A stretch of DNA of 64,000 nucleotides. Origin: an uncultured Ruminococcus sp. GTDB taxonomy: Bacteria; Bacillota; Clostridia; Oscillospirales; Ruminococcaceae. Both the position numbers and the translations under genes were made by a program. How positions within the stretch are numbered: the stretch's first letter is position 1; each line of letters opens with the position of its first letter. The notes under the pieces are model-generated. The model was not told where the DNA came from. It was given only the letters and a program-made list of their open reading frames with translations, and searched no databases. Of the stretch, positions 59,630 through 64,000 are shown in pieces. The stretch spans positions 11,446 through 75,445 of the forward strand of contig CAZTXS010000007.1 of NCBI GenBank assembly GCA_964617585.1. Reading direction: 5' to 3'.

Positions 59630-59710
59630 TATAACTAAGGCAAGATGTCCCCCGCCTCTATAGGCGGCGAGTTCCATTACCCGTTGAATGACGGGCAAGC
59701 CCTTATTGAA
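59630..59710 (-). repeat. Modular intergenic repeat, copy C9 (minimal L-R form); the consensus reads on the - strand
   Basis: The reverse strand reads TTCAATAAGGGCTTGCCCGTCATTCAACGGGTAATGGAACTCGCCGCCTATAGAGGCGGGGGACATCTTGCCTTAGTTATA. It is wedged between the Cys T-box terminator and the cysE SD. Confidence 0.9.
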
Positions 59711-59715
59711 CTTCA

Positions 59716-59953
59716 AAACCAAAAAAGCCCCCAAAGCATTTAATGCTAAGGAGGCAGTTTTAACTAAACTGCGGTTCCACTCCGATTTCAACTCAAACCT
59801 TTAACGCAGGATACGTGGACGGATACTTACAGCCGAAATCGGCATTCCCCGCCCAGGCTGGCAGCCGCACTTCACTGTAAACCGCTTGTGCGCTTTCACC
59901 TGCCGCACACTCTCTGAAAAGCTTTATTACAGATACTCTGACTGTTACGCCTT
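59716..59953 (-). promoter_or_regulatory. T-box riboswitch leader, probable Cys specifier (TGC), controlling cysE-cysS
   Basis: The reverse strand carries the AGAGAG and GGTGAAA stem I elements, GAAGTGCG as a candidate specifier, and the T-box sequence AATCGGAGTGGAACCGCAG. The terminator GCCTCCTTAGCATT...AATGCTTTGGGGGC is followed by TTTTTT. Confidence 0.7.
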
Positions 59954-59959
59954 TAAGCT

Positions 59960-59988
59960 ATTATATTCCAAAGTCATTATTTTGTCAA
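59960..59988 (-). promoter_or_regulatory. Predicted sigma-A promoter of the Cys T-box leader
   Basis: On the reverse strand: TTGACA (59988..59983), a 17-nt spacer, then TATAAT (59965..59960). Confidence 0.55.
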
Positions 59989-60003
59989 CATTCAAATACA
60001 ATT

Positions 60004-60570
60004 TTACTTGCTGGAATCGATATATTTCCAATACGCCGCAAGATACTGAATCCCCGAAATTACGGTAAGAAAAGCCGCAATCCAAATCAGAATTTCATTC
60101 AGCCAGAATATATGAAATCCAAGGCCTTCTAAAAACATGATAGCTATAATAGCAATCATTGTGAAAGCCGTTTTAAGCTTTCCCCATATTCCGGCGGGTA
60201 CTACAACGCCCTCGTTTGCAACTACAAGCCTAATGCCTGAAACCATAAATTCTCTTGCAAGTATCAGTATAACTGCAACTGCGTCTACCCACATCGGACT
60301 TTGAGCAAGAAAGCATATAAGAGCGGTTACCACCAAAATTTTATCAGCCAAGGGATCTAAAAATTTACCGAAAGTTGTGACCAGCCCTTGTTTTCTGGCA
60401 ATTTTACCGTCCAGCCAATCGGTAACAGACGCTGCGATAAAAATGAAAAGACCGATAAAAATACAAACGTCGTATCCTGAAAAACAGGACCTGCCCGTAA
60501 GCATCATAGCTGCCACAAAGAACGGTATTAACGCCACTCTTAAAACGGTCAATTTGTTTGGAAGATTCAT
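60004..60570 (-). CDS. pgsA: CDP-diacylglycerol--glycerol-3-phosphate 3-phosphatidyltransferase
   Basis: CDP-alcohol phosphotransferase motif DWLDGKIARK...GKFLDPLADK. About 188 aa with 4 TM helices. Confidence 0.9.
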   Translation of the reverse strand: MNLPNKLTVLRVALIPFFVAAMMLTGRSCFSGYDVCIFIGLFIFIAASVTDWLDGKIARKQGLVTTFGKFLDPLADKILVVTALICFLAQSPMWVDAVAVILILAREFMVSGIRLVVANEGVVVPAGIWGKLKTAFTMIAIIAIMFLEGLGFHIFWLNEILIWIAAFLTVISGIQYLAAYWKYIDSSK

Positions 60571-60609
60571 AATTTTAAAAATTCCTTTCTCAAAGCTGAT
60601 TATAATATT

Positions 60610-60755
60610 TTCAATAAGGGGCAGCGCCCCTTAATCAACAACATTTATAAGCAAAAGCCCTTAGGATTCTATGTAGAAGATTAAATTCTCTGCTGAAAGC
60701 AAAAACGCAACCCGCCGCCTATAGAGTCGGGGGGACATCTTGCTTAAGTTATAAT
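60610..60755 (+). repeat. Variant repeat copy C10 (altered L hairpin, unrelated 70-nt centre, canonical R module); the consensus reads on the + strand
   Basis: TTCAATAAGGGGCAGCGCCCCTTAAT ... GCAACCCGCCGCCTATAGAGTCGGGGGGACATCTTGCTTAAGTTATAAT. The terminal TTATAA contains the stop codon (60751..60749) of the upstream reverse-strand gene. Confidence 0.75.
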
Positions 60756-62605
60756 ATGCTGAACTTCTTTTCAGCATAAGATCTATAGAAGCCTATGCCC
60801 TTTACAATTAAAACTGCTTTTCCTCTTTTTTTGTTCTTTTTATATTTCAAAACGTAATCTGTATATTCCTTAAGCTTTTTACTTCCCAGCTTAACAACAA
60901 CAGATTTCTGTTTAACAGCCTTTCCCTTTTTGTATTTAAGGTTTTTAACGTTTTTTATCTTACAGGCTGCAATACTCTTTTTATGTTTGATTCCTACAAC
61001 GCTGCTTTCACCGGAATAATACTTTTTACCGTCTGATGTTTTATATGCCCTGATTTTAAAGTAATACTGCTTGCCGGGCGAAAGCTTTTTTGTAATTGAT
61101 GTAATATCCGCACCTTTAACATTTTTAAGAACTTTAAAATGATTCTTGTCATTTACGGAATACATAATCTGATAACCGTCGGCGTTGCTTATTTTTTTCC
61201 ATTGTAACATAATTTTGCCGTTAGTCAATGATTTTTTTGAAATAATTTTTGTTTTCTGCGGATTTATTATAAAATATATTTTTTTAGAGCCATTATAATT
61301 ACCCATTCCTTTAACCGTAACTATACCCTCTCCGACATAAAAGCTTTTAGTATAAGATATTTTATAATCCTTATTCAGAACGAGGGTCTTTGAACCGTCT
61401 TTTACTGCAACCTTAGGATACAGCTTTGATCCTGTGTACACCATATCGTCGGCATGAAAATAGGTTGCATTGGATATTGACCTTTTTGTAATCTTAAAGG
61501 TTTTTGTTTTAACTCCGTAATAATGTTCTTTTCCCGTACAAGTTATAGTTGCAGTTCCGACATTTACGTTTGAAGTATACTTACAGGTATAATCCACACC
61601 GTTTACAAGCTCGATACCGCCTATAGTGATTTTTACAGCGGGTGTGCAAGGACTTCCCGTATATGCGCATTTTTCATATGAAACCGTTATAATGCCGGCC
61701 GGAAGATATATTTCCGATTTCGGCGTTTTATTCATCGAATAGCTTTCACCGTTCGAAGTAGAAATAATAGTTCCTAAGAGATCCGTTCTGTAAATATCAG
61801 CTCCCGACTTCTCAAGCCTGGTCAGCACTGCCTCTGCCGGAAGCCCGGAAGAATTCTCCGAAGCATCAGCCGTTATCACCGCCGACTTCGGCTTAACTGT
61901 ATTCAAAAATTTCTGAGTTGTACTTGTATTAGAGCCGTGATGTCCTACCTTATAAACATCGCAGCTTAAATCCTCTTCGCTTTTGAGCAGGTCGTTTTCT
62001 TCCTCTTCCTCTGCGTCGCCCATAAACAGATATGACGTTTTACCATACTCCAGCCTTAACACTATCGAGTCGTTATTAAAGTTCTCATCATCAAGCTTCA
62101 GCGGACCTATACATTTTACCTTCAGCTTTTTTCCGTTTACCGTTTCATCTATAAGAATATCACCCGCATTTGTTATAACAGGCTCAATCCTCATAGAATC
62201 TAAAAGCTCGGTAAACTCAATAAACCTTGGAACAGCTTGAAAAGCGCTTGTCATATAGATGTTTTCTATTTCAAAATTACCGCCGCCCACAACAGAAATA
62301 AGTCCTCCTACATGATCGCCGTGCGGGTGCGTGTTGATAAGATAATCTATTTTTGTGATTCCCTGCTCCTCTAAATAATTTATTACGGTTTCACCCATAT
62401 CATAAGTTCCTCCGTCAATAAGCATAACCTCATCGTTGGGAAGCTCTAATAATATTGAATCCGCCTGACCAACGTCTATATAGTGAACCTTTAAAGTTCC
62501 GTCAGCCGCATAAGCTTTATTTGATGAAAAGACTAATATAAAGGCTGAAAACAAAAAAGCCAAAAACACATATACTTGTAATTTTCTGTTTCTTAGGAAA
62601 TTCAT
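60749..62605 (-). CDS. Secreted ComEC/Rec2-related MBL-fold hydrolase fused to Ig-like and Fn3-like repeats
   Basis: Signal peptide, then VHYIDVGQADSILLE...HPHGDHVGG...VGHHGS (the ComEC C-terminal-type beta-lactamase domain), followed by about 330 aa of repeated beta-sandwich-like sequence. Confidence 0.6.
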   Translation of the reverse strand: MNFLRNRKLQVYVFLAFLFSAFILVFSSNKAYAADGTLKVHYIDVGQADSILLELPNDEVMLIDGGTYDMGETVINYLEEQGITKIDYLINTHPHGDHVGGLISVVGGGNFEIENIYMTSAFQAVPRFIEFTELLDSMRIEPVITNAGDILIDETVNGKKLKVKCIGPLKLDDENFNNDSIVLRLEYGKTSYLFMGDAEEEEENDLLKSEEDLSCDVYKVGHHGSNTSTTQKFLNTVKPKSAVITADASENSSGLPAEAVLTRLEKSGADIYRTDLLGTIISTSNGESYSMNKTPKSEIYLPAGIITVSYEKCAYTGSPCTPAVKITIGGIELVNGVDYTCKYTSNVNVGTATITCTGKEHYYGVKTKTFKITKRSISNATYFHADDMVYTGSKLYPKVAVKDGSKTLVLNKDYKISYTKSFYVGEGIVTVKGMGNYNGSKKIYFIINPQKTKIISKKSLTNGKIMLQWKKISNADGYQIMYSVNDKNHFKVLKNVKGADITSITKKLSPGKQYYFKIRAYKTSDGKKYYSGESSVVGIKHKKSIAACKIKNVKNLKYKKGKAVKQKSVVVKLGSKKLKEYTDYVLKYKKNKKRGKAVLIVKGIGFYRSYAEKKFSIL

Positions 62606-62625
62606 AATGCTAAACCCCCGGTATT

Positions 62626-63951
62626 TTAAATCTGCTCTCCCAATAAATCATAATCAAGAATATCGTTTATCTTAACCTTAACATATTCTCCGAGCGAAGG
62701 TCTTTTACTGCTTGTAAAAAAGACCTTTCCGTCAATGTCGGGAGCGTCCATACAGCTTCTTCCGAAAAAACATTCCGCATATCTGTCAAATCCCTCTACA
62801 ATGACTTCAAGCTCGCTTCCTAAAAGGCCTTGATTAAATTCATCGGAAATCCTCATCTGCATTTCATAAATAATATCGCATCTGCGCTTTTTAATATCCT
62901 CGTCAATCTGGTCGGGAAGCTTCTCCGCCGCCGTTCCCTCTTCCTTTGAATAAGCAAAGCAACCGAGTCTTTCAAAGCGAATATCTTTAACGAAGCTGCA
63001 AAGCTCTTCAAACTGCTCCTCTGTTTCCCCGGGAAAACCTGTTATTAAAGTGGTTCTTATAATAACCCCGGGAATTTTCCGTCTTATTTTGTTAATAAGC
63101 TCTGTAAGACTGCTTTTATCGCCCTTTCTGTTCATTCTTTTTAACACGTCGCCGTTGCAATGCTGAATAGGTATATCAAAATACTTAACCAGCCTGTCCT
63201 CAGAAGCTATTGTATCAATAATTTCATCGGTAATACGCTCCGGATACATATAAAGAGTTCTTATCCATTTAAGGCCGTCCACCGAACACAATCTGCGAAG
63301 AAGCTCATGAAGCTTAGGCTCTCCGTATATATCCTCGCCGTATCGGGTAGTATCCTGCGCCACAACCACAAGCTCGGTAAAGCCCTGCTTCGCAATTTCC
63401 TCGGCTTCGCTTACTATGTCTTCAATTTTCCTGCTCCTGAATCTTCCTCTTATAGAAGGAATGGCACAGTATGTACAGCAGTTATCACAGCCCTCGGCAA
63501 TCTTTATAAATGCGAAGCTTCCGGGCAGAGTTGAAATAATTCTCTTATCGTCAAAACACAAATCTTCTTTTTTACCGTAAGAAGCAATCTGAGTTCCGCT
63601 TACTGTTTTACGAATTATGTCGCAGATATTTTCGTTTGAGCCTAATCCCACAACAGCGTCGAGTTCAGGAATTTCCTTTAAAACCTCGTCCTTGTATCTT
63701 TCGGACAGACAGCCTGTAACTATAACCGATTTGATTCTGCCTTCCTGCTTCAGAGTGCAGAACTCTAAAATAGTATCTATAGCCTCCTGCTTGGCAGACT
63801 CGATAAAACCGCAGGTGTTTATGATGACTACATCTGACAATGCGGCGTCCGAAACCAGCTCAAAACCGTCCTTATTCAATAAATACAACATTCTCTCGGC
63901 GTCAACCTGATTCTTCGGACATCCGAGCGATACCATTCCAACTCTAGTCAT
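62626..63951 (-). CDS. rimO: Ribosomal protein S12 methylthiotransferase
   Basis: N-terminal UPF0004 Cys triad (SLGCPKN...NTCGF...TGC), a radical SAM CxxxCxxC (CDNCCTYC) and a C-terminal TRAM domain. Confidence 0.9.
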   Translation of the reverse strand: MTRVGMVSLGCPKNQVDAERMLYLLNKDGFELVSDAALSDVVIINTCGFIESAKQEAIDTILEFCTLKQEGRIKSVIVTGCLSERYKDEVLKEIPELDAVVGLGSNENICDIIRKTVSGTQIASYGKKEDLCFDDKRIISTLPGSFAFIKIAEGCDNCCTYCAIPSIRGRFRSRKIEDIVSEAEEIAKQGFTELVVVAQDTTRYGEDIYGEPKLHELLRRLCSVDGLKWIRTLYMYPERITDEIIDTIASEDRLVKYFDIPIQHCNGDVLKRMNRKGDKSSLTELINKIRRKIPGVIIRTTLITGFPGETEEQFEELCSFVKDIRFERLGCFAYSKEEGTAAEKLPDQIDEDIKKRRCDIIYEMQMRISDEFNQGLLGSELEVIVEGFDRYAECFFGRSCMDAPDIDGKVFFTSSKRPSLGEYVKVKINDILDYDLLGEQI

Positions 63952-64000
63952 TTAAAATCCGCTCCGAAAACAGAAGCGTTCCTCCTTTTTATGATTCGCT

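Overview
This is a low-GC Firmicutes chromosome segment, apparently Clostridia-like: it has a PolC-type replicase, T-box leaders, an ECF transporter operon and TTGACA-17-TATAAT promoters. Most of the window is housekeeping. It carries hisG/hisZ, the conserved pyrH-frr-uppS-cdsA-dxr-rseP-ispG-polC block, pyrG, proBA and a tRNA Pro/Thr/Tyr cluster. It also carries T-box-controlled leuA and cysE-cysS, pheA, a ClpC-like ATPase, truA-ecfT-ruvB-ecfA2-ecfA1, glmM, ruvAC, murA, rlmH, pgsA and rimO. A cell-envelope stretch at about 22.8-34.7 kb holds a VanY-like peptidase, a GT2 + YfhO glycosylation pair, AsnB and a Thr-rich surface protein. The most unusual feature is non-coding: a dense family of about 145-nt, hairpin-rich, modular intergenic repeats. 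There are 10 long copies plus 5-6 solo end-fragments, roughly one per 4 kb. They show a strong orientation bias relative to transcription, compensatory stem changes, and insertions inside 5' and 3' UTRs, including between T-box terminators and their genes. I cannot match this family to any named repeat or RNA family from memory, and no transposase or RAYT gene is present in the window. Secondary observations: PolC has no inserted 3'-5' exonuclease domain. The conserved N-terminus of ecfA2 lies upstream of any canonical start codon, with ATA at the expected start position. A 29-nt duplication covers the tRNA-Thr 3' end. An orphan promoter-terminator unit may encode an sRNA. A small RHH gene is interrupted by an in-frame TGA. 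All protein calls come from reading the supplied translations, and no database search was possible.
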